DNA of 59,556 nt from Crenarchaeota archaeon SCGC AAA471-B05 (GTDB taxonomy: Archaea > Thermoproteota > Thermoprotei > Gearchaeales > Gearchaeaceae), in assembly GCA_000380705.1 (NCBI GenBank), contig AQYM01000033.1, positions 65,941 through 125,496 on the forward strand, given 5' to 3'. The position numbers and the translations under genes were made by a program. Position 1 is the first letter of the stretch, and each line of letters opens with the position of its first letter. The notes beneath the pieces were generated by a model, which saw only the letters and a program-made list of their open reading frames with translations, made no database searches and was not told the DNA's origin. Below, one piece after another: positions 9,394-19,777 of the stretch.

Positions 9394-10942
9394 ATTAATA
9401 GAAGTTAGTAATTTCTTCTTTAAATATTATGGTTCTAACGAATGGATTTTAAAAGATATAAATTTTGAAATAAGAAAAGGTGAAAATTTACTTATATTAG
9501 GTCCAAATGGTTCAGGAAAATCTAGTTTAGTATTATGTTTAGTTGGTTTTCCTCAGAGATATAAGATTTCCAAAACTAAGGGAGAAATATTAATAAAAGG
9601 AAAGAACGTAATGGATTATTCAATAAGTGAATTATCTAAAATTTTTGGTATAGTGCAACAGGATCCTGAAGCCCAAATAGTTAACTTATATGTAGAAGAT
9701 GAAGTTGCTTTTGGCTTGGAAAATCTTAGATATCCTGTAGACGAAATACTCAAAAGGGTAAATTCTTCTCTTGAAGCTGTAGGTTTATCTAATAAAAGGT
9801 ATTTTGAAACCAATGCTCTAAGTTATGGCGAAAAACAAAAACTTATGCTGGCAAGTATACTAGCCTTAGATAATGAAATACTGATTTTTGATGAACCTAC
9901 ATCTAATTTAGATCCTGTATCAAGGAAATCTTTCTTTAATCTAATTAAAAAACTAAAAGATAAAAATTTAATATTAATTGAACATAATTTAGAAGAAATA
10001 TCAGATATAATTAATAAAGTTTTAATATTAAATAAAGATGGTTCGATGAGATATTTTGGAGAATTTAATTATGAAATTTTTGAGAAAATTAAAGAAAATT
10101 ACGAAGAATTGGGTATTTGGCTTCCTTACGAATTGGAAATTTCGATGAAAAAAGAAAGTTCTAAAGTTAATTTATTTTATAGACCAACGTTTACCAATAA
10201 CAATTTAATAAAAATATCAAACATAACTTATAAGTATGCAAGTGGTTATGTTGCATTAAAGAATATAAATTTATCCTTCAATAAAGGTTTGCTATATGTC
10301 ATTCTTGGTTCAAACGGCTCAGGTAAGACAACACTTTGCAAAATTATAGCAGGAATTTTTAAGCCTAGTTCGGGTGAAATAATTTATAATATACATAAAA
10401 ATAAAATTAAATATTGTTTCCAGAATCCTTCAGTTCAGTTTATAGGGAAAACTGTTGAAGAAGAAATCAAGCTTACAATGAAAGAAGCAAACAAAAAACT
10501 GAATATCGATGAATTACTAAAAACTTATGAGTTATATGAGTATAAAAATAAAAATCCCCATATATTAAGTGAAGGACAGAAAAAAATATTAAGCATAGTT
10601 ATTTCTCTTATTTATGAACCTGAAATCATTATATGCGATGAACCTACATTTGCTTTAGATAAATATAATGAAAGGAAAATAATGAAATTAATTAGAAAAT
10701 TGGTAGGTGAAGGTAAGACTGTTATAATAACAACACATGATGTAAAATTAAGCTTAGAATACTCTGATGAAGTAATAATAATTAACGGTGGAAAGGTTGA
10801 ATATCAAAGTAAAATAGAAGATTTCTTAAATATAATAGAAAGTAAATTTCCTGAATATTTTTATTCATTGCCAAAGTATCTTCAAAAGGTTATTCAAAAT
10901 AAAAATTTTGAGGAAATTTATAAAATCAGGATGATTTTATGA
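9386..10942 (+). CDS. ykoD: ECF transporter duplicated ATPase (EcfA-EcfA' fusion, YkoD-like)
   Basis: Two cassettes: Walker A GPNGSGKSS and GSNGSGKTT, signatures LSYGEKQK and LSEGQKKI, Walker B IFDEPTSNLD and ICDEPTFALD. TTG start overlapping ykoE by 8 nt. Confidence 0.85.
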   Translation: MSKLIEVSNFFFKYYGSNEWILKDINFEIRKGENLLILGPNGSGKSSLVLCLVGFPQRYKISKTKGEILIKGKNVMDYSISELSKIFGIVQQDPEAQIVNLYVEDEVAFGLENLRYPVDEILKRVNSSLEAVGLSNKRYFETNALSYGEKQKLMLASILALDNEILIFDEPTSNLDPVSRKSFFNLIKKLKDKNLILIEHNLEEISDIINKVLILNKDGSMRYFGEFNYEIFEKIKENYEELGIWLPYELEISMKKESSKVNLFYRPTFTNNNLIKISNITYKYASGYVALKNINLSFNKGLLYVILGSNGSGKTTLCKIIAGIFKPSSGEIIYNIHKNKIKYCFQNPSVQFIGKTVEEEIKLTMKEANKKLNIDELLKTYELYEYKNKNPHILSEGQKKILSIVISLIYEPEIIICDEPTFALDKYNERKIMKLIRKLVGEGKTVIITTHDVKLSLEYSDEVIIINGGKVEYQSKIEDFLNIIESKFPEYFYSLPKYLQKVIQNKNFEEIYKIRMIL

Positions 10943-11697
10943 GAAGATTAGAAATAAATCCTCTTGTTAAATTCTTTTTATTATCAATTGTTTCTATACT
11001 TATTTTATTTATTATAGATTTTTATGTTTTACTTTATTTTATTCTTTTAATTATAATAATTAATTTATTATTTAAAGCAAATGTGAAAAATTTCTTAAAA
11101 TTTTTATTATTAGCTCAACCTTTTTTATTTAGCTTTTTCTTTTTTAATTCTGTATTCGTTAAATGTGGAACACCAATAGGTTTTCTCACTTTTACTAGTG
11201 AGGGAATAAAATATGGGTTATTAATTTCATTAAGAGCTTTTGTGATAATTCTATTCTCTTATTTTTTTGTAACAACAACAAATCCAAAGGACTTCGTCAT
11301 AGCGTTGGTGCAATATTTAAAAATTCCAGATAAATTTGCATATTCAATGTTTATAGCCCTAAGATTTTTCCCTATAGCTAAGTTAACTCAAGAAGAAGCA
11401 CTACAGGCTTATAAACAAAGAGGTATTAGATTAGCAAATCCAAAGTCATGGTTTTCACTATTTTATTTATTGGTTTTTACGATGTTTAGGAAAGCAATCT
11501 CATTGGCCATCTCAATGGAACTTAGAGGATGGGGGGTATATAAAAGAAAAGTTTACATGAGAAAATTAAAATTTACTTTTACCGATGTTTTATTTATCTT
11601 ATTTATTTGTCTTTATATTATATTGGGTTTATACTATATGTATCTTATAGGATACTTTACTGGATTTTCTTTATTTCCTCCAGGTATTTCTTGCTAA
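10939..11697 (+). CDS. ykoC: ECF transporter transmembrane (T) component (EcfT/YkoC/CbiQ family)
   Basis: Polytopic membrane protein with the C-terminal ..ALRFFP.. / ..AMELRG.. coupling-helix motifs (ISMELRGWG). 4-nt overlap with ykoD. Confidence 0.8.
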   Translation: MRRLEINPLVKFFLLSIVSILILFIIDFYVLLYFILLIIIINLLFKANVKNFLKFLLLAQPFLFSFFFFNSVFVKCGTPIGFLTFTSEGIKYGLLISLRAFVIILFSYFFVTTTNPKDFVIALVQYLKIPDKFAYSMFIALRFFPIAKLTQEEALQAYKQRGIRLANPKSWFSLFYLLVFTMFRKAISLAISMELRGWGVYKRKVYMRKLKFTFTDVLFILFICLYIILGLYYMYLIGYFTGFSLFPPGISC

Positions 11698-12319
11698 AGC
11701 TTAGAATTTTTTCTTTAAACTGTCTAGCAGCTTTTTCAGGATCTTCTGAGTATAAAATTGCACTAATAACAGCTATGCCATCAACTCCTAATTCAAGTAC
11801 TTTATCAACATTTTTTAGATTAATTCCACCTGAAGCAAAAACAGGTATTTTAAGTCTCATTTTTGCTTCTTTAACAACTTCTAACGGAACTATTTCGCAA
11901 GATGTTACAGTAGATGTGGGAAAACAAGCACAAAATGATATGTAATCAGCGCCAACTTTTTCAGCCCATAGAGCTCTATTCAAATCGTTCCCAATAGTAT
12001 ATCCAACTATTAAATTTTTATTTATTTTCTTAACCTGTTCAGGAGTAACATCATATGTATCAAAATGTACTCCATCAGCGCCTATTTCATTTGCTAGATT
12101 ATAATTCCCATTTATTAATACTAGTACACCGTATTTCCTTGCTAGTCTAAGTATTTCCTTTGAAATTTCATAAGCATAATTTAAGTCATTCCAATTATAC
12201 CAAACTTGTAATATGTCCACACCTCCTTTTAATGCTTTTTCTACTTTATTTAAAAGTGTATTTTTCTCAATGCTCAAATCAACTACTAAATATAGTCCTT
12301 TCAAATCCATTAAAAACAA
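11657..12319 (-). CDS. thiE: Thiamine-phosphate synthase
   Basis: GVDILQVW..., ADGVHF, PVFASGGIN and GVDGIAVISAI are typical ThiE TIM-barrel motifs. The 3' end overlaps ykoC convergently by 41 nt. Confidence 0.85.
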   Translation of the reverse strand: MFLMDLKGLYLVVDLSIEKNTLLNKVEKALKGGVDILQVWYNWNDLNYAYEISKEILRLARKYGVLVLINGNYNLANEIGADGVHFDTYDVTPEQVKKINKNLIVGYTIGNDLNRALWAEKVGADYISFCACFPTSTVTSCEIVPLEVVKEAKMRLKIPVFASGGINLKNVDKVLELGVDGIAVISAILYSEDPEKAARQFKEKILSFSKKYLEEIKKIQ

Positions 12320-12358
12320 TTATTTTTTAGCAAGAAAATAAAATTAATCACTTAATGC

Positions 12359-13573
12359 TTAATTTGTATTGTATAAAATTTTATCCCATACTATTTTAGC
12401 AATTTCAGACTTTAACCTTTTTTCTATTTTAGTTAATTTCTTACCATCGAAAAAATAAACTTCATTAAAATCACTTCCAAAACCTATATCTTTTCTTGAC
12501 ACATCGTTTATAATTATAAAGTCTGCAAAGCTATATTCAGATATGATTTCTTGGATTTTATCTTCATGAATTCCATATTCTGCTTTGAATGCTATTAATT
12601 TGGTTTCTGGTGAAATTTCCTTTACTTTTTTTATTATTTTAGGTGTCAACTTTAACTCTAAATTAATTTTATCGAATATTTTGGTGGAGATTTTTCCTTC
12701 ATATTTTTTTGTCGGTGTATAATCTGTTACAGCAGCTGAAGCTACAAAAAAATCAAATTTCTCTTTATTAATTTTATCCAATACTTTTTGATACATTTGT
12801 AATGTAGTTTCAGAATAAATGCTTTCATAATAGGGGTTTAAAGTGGCTTTAATCTCTCCATGAATTAATGTAACTTTGCCTCCTCTGTAATATGCCTCAT
12901 TGGCCATAGCTATCCCCATTTTTCCTGAACTTGAATTTGTAATGAATCTTACATCATCTATAAATTCCCTAGTAGCTCCTGCAGTAACTAAAATCCTTTT
13001 TCCTTCCAAATCTTTTTTTGATGTTGCAAAAATTATTTTTATTAGAATATAATCTTCACTGGCAATTTTAGCTTTTTCTTCTTCTATTATAGGACTAACG
13101 AAGTGAACGTTTTCATTTTTTAATTTTTCAATATTCTTAATTAAAATTGGATTATTAAACATAGGTTCATGCATTGCAGGAGCAATTATTAAAGGTATTT
13201 TTTCAGAAATCGCCATACATGCAAAAAGAGTAACTGGTGTATCAGCTATTCCATTAGCTATTTTATTTATCGTATTAAATGTAGCAGGAGCTATTAATAC
13301 TGCATCTATCTTGTATTTTTTAAAAAATTTAACATGTTCCACTTCTCCAGTGATTTTAGTTACAGGTTTATTTCCAGTAGCGTATTCTAATAAATAAGGT
13401 GAGATTAACCTTTTAGCATCATTGCTTAATACAGGTATTACGTTTGCTCCATGTTTTATAAGATATCTAGCTATATCTATTGCCTTATATAAGGATACAC
13501 TAGCAGTAATGCAATGTACAATGTTCTTATCCATCAATTCCTTCCCTAGTTTTCCTTTAATTTCTTCTCCCAT
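12359..13573 (-). CDS. coaBC: Bifunctional phosphopantothenoylcysteine decarboxylase / phosphopantothenate-cysteine ligase
   Basis: N-terminal flavoprotein domain (ITASVSLYKA, PAMH) and C-terminal CoaB domain (ITNSSSGKMG, AAVTDY). Confidence 0.9.
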   Translation of the reverse strand: MGEEIKGKLGKELMDKNIVHCITASVSLYKAIDIARYLIKHGANVIPVLSNDAKRLISPYLLEYATGNKPVTKITGEVEHVKFFKKYKIDAVLIAPATFNTINKIANGIADTPVTLFACMAISEKIPLIIAPAMHEPMFNNPILIKNIEKLKNENVHFVSPIIEEEKAKIASEDYILIKIIFATSKKDLEGKRILVTAGATREFIDDVRFITNSSSGKMGIAMANEAYYRGGKVTLIHGEIKATLNPYYESIYSETTLQMYQKVLDKINKEKFDFFVASAAVTDYTPTKKYEGKISTKIFDKINLELKLTPKIIKKVKEISPETKLIAFKAEYGIHEDKIQEIISEYSFADFIIINDVSRKDIGFGSDFNEVYFFDGKKLTKIEKRLKSEIAKIVWDKILYNTN

Positions 13574-13577
13574 ACTT

Positions 13578-14234
13578 TTATTCTAATTTTATTCCTATAC
13601 ATAAAAAAGCTCCAAATGGAAATTTTTTAGATTTTAGTTTTCCAAAAATTTTGGGAAAAACAGTACTATTTATATACGCTATTTTAAATTTATTTAATGC
13701 TCTTTTAATTACTTTTTTAATGCTTAAAATTGAATAAAACGTTGTATCAGTATAAAATGGATTCTTACCTAATGCGATTTGTATTCTTCTCCTTAAAGTT
13801 GGTAAGCTCCAGCTATTCATTAATCCAATTATTATTCCATTCTTTGCTACTCTCTCAGCTTCTTTTAAAACATTGTGGGCTTCTTTCATGTATTCTAAGC
13901 ATGTTATGAAAGCAACATAATCGAAATATTTATCTCTTATTGGCAAATAATGAGAATCCCCTTGAATTATATCTCCTTTCCAATACTTCTTTGATTCTTT
14001 TAGCATTAATATAGATATATCCACACCAACTGCATAATAGCCTAATTCATCGAACCATCTTGTAAAATGACAAGTTCCACATCCTACTTCTAAAATACTT
14101 TTTCCTTTTCCTAAACTTGAGATAGCTTCCTTTAATACTTCTTTCTCTAAAATATCAGCTCGTTTATACTTTGTTTCATAATATTGTTCATAAGTTTCCA
14201 CGTATTCTTTTCTTAAAAACCAAGGCTTCTGCAT
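13578..14234 (-). CDS. Class I SAM-dependent methyltransferase
   Basis: Motif I ILEVGCGTCHF and a Methyltransf_11-like layout. 4 nt upstream of coaBC. Confidence 0.7.
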   Translation of the reverse strand: MQKPWFLRKEYVETYEQYYETKYKRADILEKEVLKEAISSLGKGKSILEVGCGTCHFTRWFDELGYYAVGVDISILMLKESKKYWKGDIIQGDSHYLPIRDKYFDYVAFITCLEYMKEAHNVLKEAERVAKNGIIIGLMNSWSLPTLRRRIQIALGKNPFYTDTTFYSILSIKKVIKRALNKFKIAYINSTVFPKIFGKLKSKKFPFGAFLCIGIKLE

Positions 14235-14286
14235 ATTAATACCTTTTTCTTTATTTAATTAATAACTTATTTATTATATATAGACG

Positions 14287-15225
14287 ATGCTTTTACCTGA
14301 AGAAATTTTAGTTAAAAAGGTATTACCAAAATTAAAATTTCTACTAACTATTAGACTATATGAAAAAGGTTTTACTCAAGGAAAACTTTCGAAAATCTTA
14401 GGGATTTCTCAACCTCTGGTTAATAATTATTTGAAATTAAGAATAAGGGGAGAATATGAAACTTTTGAAGAATTGGAAAAAATTGGAATAAAGAAAAAGG
14501 ATATTGAAGAACTGGTAAATTATATCGTTGAAGAAAAGGTATCTGATAGCATAACGTTGATTCGGATTCTTGAAAATTTTTGGAAAAACATGATAAGTAG
14601 CGGTGCAATATGCGCTTATCATATTAAAGTTGCACATCTTGATCCTAGATGCGATGTATGTCTAATAAAGAAATTTCAACCTCAAAATAAGAAAGACATG
14701 ATTGAGGAAATTAAAAATGCTCTTAAAATTTTAGAAAAATCCTCAGAATTTCATCACATAGTTCCTGAAATAAATACAAATATTGCTTATGCCTTACCAA
14801 ATGCAAGATTTAAATTCGAAGTTTTATCCTTTCCCGGTAGGTTAATAAAATTTAAAAAAAGGATAAAAGCTATAGCTGAACCGGAATTTGGTGCTTCAAC
14901 ACATTTGGCAAACATGTTAATTTTAGCTCATTCTCGTAATAAAGAAATTAGAGCCTGTATGTATATTAAATATAATAAGAAAGTTCAAAAAGTTTTAGAT
15001 AAAATTGGCTTAGATTATAAATTCAATTTTATTTTGGATTCCGAAGATGACCCTGTTTTATTCTCTTTTAAAAAGTTTTTAGAAGAAAATGATGTACCTA
15101 GAATCCTAATAGATAAAGATCGTAAAGGATTTGAACCTGTATGTTATATATTTGGTAAAGATCCCATAGATGTTGTTACTTTAGCTGTCGATATAGCAAA
15201 CGAATATTCTAATTTGTTTCTTTAA
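14287..15225 (+). CDS. HTH + ThiN-domain protein (ThiR-like thiamine regulator, or ThiN-type thiamine-phosphate synthase)
   Basis: N-terminal HTH (FTQGKLSKILGISQPLVNNYLK) and a central Cys cluster (CAYH..CDVC). C-terminal ThiN-like region (VPEINTNIAYAL...FPGRLIKF...FGASTHLANMLI). Divergent from the MTase-coaBC-thiE operon. Confidence 0.65.
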   Translation: MLLPEEILVKKVLPKLKFLLTIRLYEKGFTQGKLSKILGISQPLVNNYLKLRIRGEYETFEELEKIGIKKKDIEELVNYIVEEKVSDSITLIRILENFWKNMISSGAICAYHIKVAHLDPRCDVCLIKKFQPQNKKDMIEEIKNALKILEKSSEFHHIVPEINTNIAYALPNARFKFEVLSFPGRLIKFKKRIKAIAEPEFGASTHLANMLILAHSRNKEIRACMYIKYNKKVQKVLDKIGLDYKFNFILDSEDDPVLFSFKKFLEENDVPRILIDKDRKGFEPVCYIFGKDPIDVVTLAVDIANEYSNLFL

Positions 15226-15259
15226 AAATTTTAATATATATAATATTTTAAAGAAACAA

Positions 15260-16102
15260 ATGGTAAGAAAAGCTGTAATTCCTGCAGCTGGACTAGGTAC
15301 AAGATTATTATCCGCTACTAAAGAATTACCTAAGGAAATGTTACCTATTTTTTTCAGAGATTCCAACGGAGAAATTTATCTTAAACCTATGTTGCAAGTA
15401 TTATTCGAACAATTATATAAATTTGGTTTTAGAGAATTTTGTTTCATCGTAGGAAGAGGTAAAAGAGCTGTTGAAGATCATTTTACGCCAGATTATTCTT
15501 TTTTAGATTTATTAGAGAAAAAAGGTAAGGAAAAATTTGTTAGAAGCTTAAAGGAATTTTATTTAATGATAGAAAGATCAACAATTATATGGATAAATCA
15601 GCCTGAACCTTTAGGTTTTGGTCATGCGGTTTATTTATCAAAATCCTTTGTTAGAGATGAACCTTTTTTGGTAGCTGCAGGAGATACTTGTATTGTTTCC
15701 AATAATTTACATCATATAAAAGAACTTATAGATAAACATTCAGAAGGTACAGTTGTTACTCTATTAATCCAAGAAGTTGAGGATCCCAGAGAATATGGTG
15801 TTATAATAACCAACGAGAAAAATGATATAATAAAAGTAGTAGAAAAACCAAAGGAAATAATATCTAATTTAGCAATTTTACCTATGTATGTTTTTGAACC
15901 TGTAATATTCAATGCAATTGAAGCTACAAAGAAAGGGTATGGGAACGAAATTCAACTTACTGACGCTATACAAAAAATCATCGACTGGGGATTGAAAGTA
16001 AATTATGTGACTTTACCAAAGGATGCGATAAGGTTAGATATTGGTACTGCTTCTTATTATTATGATGCATTGATTAAATCTTATAACAACAAAATTTTTT
16101 AA
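15260..16102 (+). CDS. Sugar-1-phosphate nucleotidyltransferase (UTP-glucose-1-phosphate uridylyltransferase-like)
   Basis: N-terminal AVIPAAGLGTRLLSATKELPKEMLPI signature. Confidence 0.85.
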   Translation: MVRKAVIPAAGLGTRLLSATKELPKEMLPIFFRDSNGEIYLKPMLQVLFEQLYKFGFREFCFIVGRGKRAVEDHFTPDYSFLDLLEKKGKEKFVRSLKEFYLMIERSTIIWINQPEPLGFGHAVYLSKSFVRDEPFLVAAGDTCIVSNNLHHIKELIDKHSEGTVVTLLIQEVEDPREYGVIITNEKNDIIKVVEKPKEIISNLAILPMYVFEPVIFNAIEATKKGYGNEIQLTDAIQKIIDWGLKVNYVTLPKDAIRLDIGTASYYYDALIKSYNNKIF

Positions 16103-17433
16103 TGAAAAGCATAGGTTTTATAGGATTAGGCTATGTAGGTTTAACTTCAGCAATATGCTTTTCTTTTAAGGGTTATACTTGTTATGGTTACGATATAGAT
16201 AAAGAAAAAATAAAAAAGTTAAAAGATGGTATATTACCTATATATGAAAAGGATCTTGATAAGTATTTTATTCAAGTTTATGATAAAAGTTTTATACCTA
16301 CGGATAACTTAAAAGAGCTCATAGAAAATTCTAAATTGATATTTATAACTGTAGGTACACCTTCAAGAGAAGACGGCTCTATAAATTTACAATATGTAGA
16401 AGAAGCATGTAAGAATATTGGTGAATGTTTAAAAGAAATAAAAAATGATTATAAAGTTATAATAATTAAAAGTACGGTAATACCTGGTACTACTGAAAAC
16501 TTAGCTTTACCTATAATAGAAAAATTTGGTATAAAATTAGGTAAAGATTTTGGTTTAGTGGTTAATCCTGAATTTTTAAGGGAAGGTAATGCTGTGTATG
16601 ATACGTTAAATCCTGATAGAATAATAATCGGCTATAAAGAAGAAAAAGATGGAAATATTTTAGAAGAATTTTATAAAGAAATATATAAAGAAAATATCCC
16701 TCCAATACTAAAAACTAATTTTGTTAACGCTGAACTAATAAAATATGCTAATAATGCGTTTTTAGCTACGAAAATTAGCTTCATAAATATGATAGCAAAT
16801 TTGTGTCAAACACTTAAAGGAGCAGATGTTGAAGAAATCGCAAAGGGTATAGGTTTGGATAAAAGGATAGGTAAAGAGTTTTTAAAAGCAGGGTTAGGAT
16901 ATGGAGGATCTTGCTTTCCCAAGGATCTAGAAGCATTACTAAGCTTTGCTAAGAAGCTCAATGTAGAGCTTCCTTTATTAGAAGCAACGATAAAGATTAA
17001 TAATAATCAGTATTATAAAGCTATAGAAATGGCAAAAATTGAACTTAAAAATTTAAAAGGAAGGACAATCTCTATTTTAGGCTTATCTTTTAAGGCTAAT
17101 ACTGATGATATAAGAAATGCTGTTTCCATAAAAATAGTTAACGAATTATTAAAGGAAGGAGCTAATATAAAAGTGTATGATCCAAAAGCTATGGAAAACT
17201 TTAAAAAGCTTTTTAACGATAAAAACATTTATTTCGCTAAGAACGTAGAAGATTGTTTAGAATCTTCAGAATGTGCAATTATTGTAACAGAATGGGAGGA
17301 GTTTAAAAGAATTAAGCCTGAAACGTTTCTCAAATTAATGAAATATCCCTTAGTTATAGATGGAAGAAGAATATACCAGCCTAATGAATTTAAGGATAAA
17401 TTAATCTTTAAAGCAATAGGATATAATAACTAA
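16102..17433 (+). CDS. ugd: UDP-glucose/GDP-mannose family 6-dehydrogenase
   Basis: GFIGLGYVGL Rossmann motif and catalytic GGSCFPKD. 443 aa. Confidence 0.9.
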   Translation: MKSIGFIGLGYVGLTSAICFSFKGYTCYGYDIDKEKIKKLKDGILPIYEKDLDKYFIQVYDKSFIPTDNLKELIENSKLIFITVGTPSREDGSINLQYVEEACKNIGECLKEIKNDYKVIIIKSTVIPGTTENLALPIIEKFGIKLGKDFGLVVNPEFLREGNAVYDTLNPDRIIIGYKEEKDGNILEEFYKEIYKENIPPILKTNFVNAELIKYANNAFLATKISFINMIANLCQTLKGADVEEIAKGIGLDKRIGKEFLKAGLGYGGSCFPKDLEALLSFAKKLNVELPLLEATIKINNNQYYKAIEMAKIELKNLKGRTISILGLSFKANTDDIRNAVSIKIVNELLKEGANIKVYDPKAMENFKKLFNDKNIYFAKNVEDCLESSECAIIVTEWEEFKRIKPETFLKLMKYPLVIDGRRIYQPNEFKDKLIFKAIGYNN

Positions 17434-17565
17434 TAAGTTTTCTATAACTATATCGCATTGAATATTCTGAAATTTCTTGTGGTTTTTAATTTCTTTAATT
17501 TTTAAAATTAAGCCATTTAACTAATAATAAGATTTATATTGCTTTTGTTTCAATCTTTAGAATGT

Positions 17566-17985
17566 ATGGAAGACAAAGAATTGGAGAAAATTTTAATGAA
17601 AAAAATGTATGAGATGCTTAAAGAAAAGAAGGAAGAAAAGAAGCCAGCTTTTGGTAAACCTGTTAAGGTAACTTATGAGAATTTTAAGGAAATTATTTCC
17701 AAAAATGAACTTGTCATCTTAGATTTTTGGGCAGAATGGTGTTATCCTTGCAAGATAATGGAACCAATAATAGAAGAATTGGCAAGAAGGTATCCCAATA
17801 TAGTTTTTGGCAAAGTTAATGTTGATGAAGAATCCCTTTTAGCCAGCCATTTTGGAATAATGTCTATACCTACATTAATTTTCTTTTATAAAGGAAAACC
17901 AATCGAATCTTTGGTAGGTGCCAGACCTAAGTATGAAATAGAAAGAATTATAAATCGTTTTTTAATGATGCAGCGTAATGAATGA
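17566..17985 (+). CDS. trxA: Thioredoxin
   Basis: Active site WAEWCYPCK (CxxC) and cis-Pro region SIPTLIFF. I prefer the in-frame ATG at 17566 (MEDKELEK) over the listed start at 17539. Confidence 0.85.
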   Translation: MEDKELEKILMKKMYEMLKEKKEEKKPAFGKPVKVTYENFKEIISKNELVILDFWAEWCYPCKIMEPIIEELARRYPNIVFGKVNVDEESLLASHFGIMSIPTLIFFYKGKPIESLVGARPKYEIERIINRFLMMQRNE

Positions 17986-19501
17986 TAAGAAATATGTATT
18001 AATAGGATTTAAACTCCATCAGCCCTATAGGATACGTAATGATTTCTTAGAACATAGATACAAAAGGATTAATGTGAAAAACTATGAACTAGGCGATTAT
18101 TATTTTGGTTTTAAATCAGATTATGAAATTTTTAAAAGAGTAGCAGAAAAATGTTATATTCCTTCTTCGCGAATAATTTTGGAATCAATAGAAAAATATA
18201 AAAGAGAAATTAAAAGAGTAAAATTTTTCTTTAGTTTTTCTGGAATTTTAATCGAACAAGCTAAGAACTGGTGTGAAGAATTACTTGATATTTTTAAAGA
18301 CCTTTTAAGAACCGGATGCGTTGAATTTCTATGTCAAACGTACTTTCATTCCTTAGCAAGTCTTTGGAAGGACAAATCTGAATGGATAGAACAAATTTTA
18401 ATGCATAAAAAATTAATCAAGGAACTTTTCAATTATGAACCAAAGGTTTTTGAGAACACTGAATTAATTTATAATAATACAATAGCATGGTACGCTGAAA
18501 AATTAGGCTTTAAGGGAATAATTACTGAAGGATGTGAAAAAATTTTAGGTTGGAGGAAACCTACATATGTTTATAAAGCTAAATATTGTGAAAATATTCG
18601 TGTATTATTAAGGCATTATAGACTAAGCGACGATATAGCATTTAGATTCTCAATGAAGAATTGGGATCAATGGCCTTTAACAGCCGAAAAATTTGCTCGT
18701 TGGGTTAAAAGTTGTGAAGGAAATTGTATTTTAATTTTTGTAGATTATGAAACCTTTGGTGAACATCATTGGAAGGAATCAGGTATTTTAGATTTTTTAA
18801 AATACTTAACTGAAGAAATTGTGAAATACGAAGAATTATATTTGAGCATTCCTTCTGAAGTAATAGAAAACTTGCAACCTGTAGGAGAAATAGATGTAAA
18901 TGATTCAGAGACAATTTCTTGGGCTGATGAAGAGAAAGATATAAGTGCTTGGTATAAGAATTCTCTTCAAAAAGCCTATGTCGGATTATTGGAAAAAATT
19001 ACTAAATATGTAAAAGAAACCAACGACGAAAATTTAATAAAAATATGGAGATATTTACAAGTAAGCGATATACCTTATTACATGTCTTTAAAAAGAGGTG
19101 CATCTGAAGAAGTTCATGAATACTTTAGTGTATATAAATCTCCTTTACATGTGGCAACTTTAGCTTTAGCAATAGCTTTAGATTTTGAAGCAAGAGTCAA
19201 ATGTGATCTTAAAGTTTTTGGTAAAGATGAATTCCATTTTTATTATAATAACAATTACAGTGGCTTTTCTTGCATAAGTCTTAAAGGTTTCATAGATATT
19301 TTAGAAAAAATAAACGTAGAAAGTATTGAACATCATTTATATCGAAGAGATTTTGAAGAATGGGCTAAGTTTTCATTAGAAAATGAAGAAGTTGAACAAA
19401 TTTTCATTAATGCGAGAAATAAAAATCTTAAAGGTAACGATCTTAGAAATTTTCTCATTTTAAGCCTTAAAGAATATTTAAAAAATAAAAATATTAAATA
19501 A
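17978..19501 (+). CDS. Glycoside hydrolase family 57 protein with an extra C-terminal domain
   Basis: GH57 regions LHQPYR, VEFLCQTYFHS, FENTELIY (candidate nucleophile Glu) and VDYETFGEHHW (candidate acid/base Asp). Overlaps trx by 8 nt. Confidence 0.75.
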   Translation: MNDKKYVLIGFKLHQPYRIRNDFLEHRYKRINVKNYELGDYYFGFKSDYEIFKRVAEKCYIPSSRIILESIEKYKREIKRVKFFFSFSGILIEQAKNWCEELLDIFKDLLRTGCVEFLCQTYFHSLASLWKDKSEWIEQILMHKKLIKELFNYEPKVFENTELIYNNTIAWYAEKLGFKGIITEGCEKILGWRKPTYVYKAKYCENIRVLLRHYRLSDDIAFRFSMKNWDQWPLTAEKFARWVKSCEGNCILIFVDYETFGEHHWKESGILDFLKYLTEEIVKYEELYLSIPSEVIENLQPVGEIDVNDSETISWADEEKDISAWYKNSLQKAYVGLLEKITKYVKETNDENLIKIWRYLQVSDIPYYMSLKRGASEEVHEYFSVYKSPLHVATLALAIALDFEARVKCDLKVFGKDEFHFYYNNNYSGFSCISLKGFIDILEKINVESIEHHLYRRDFEEWAKFSLENEEVEQIFINARNKNLKGNDLRNFLILSLKEYLKNKNIK

Positions 19502-19777
19502 TTATTTCAAATTTATGACTCTTAGGTTATCCTACTTTAATCTTATTAAATTTAGTTATTACCTTAATATATAAAATTGACATAAGTAAACAAATCTTAA
19601 TTTTTAGCTTGGATATATTTATTATGAGCAAAAGCTTAAATAGGCATAAAAAGATAAAACCTTATTTTATAATATTTCCCTAAATTTTGAAGGTTTCCAT
19701 GAATATTTAAGGTAAATTTTTGAATATTTCTTTTCATAAAAAGGATAAAGTAATTTTTCAGCTGTAAAGTAGATGTT

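Noticed and set aside
11607-11945. 112-aa plus-strand ORF after ykoC
   Set aside because: It is antisense to the well-supported thiE gene and has no motifs.
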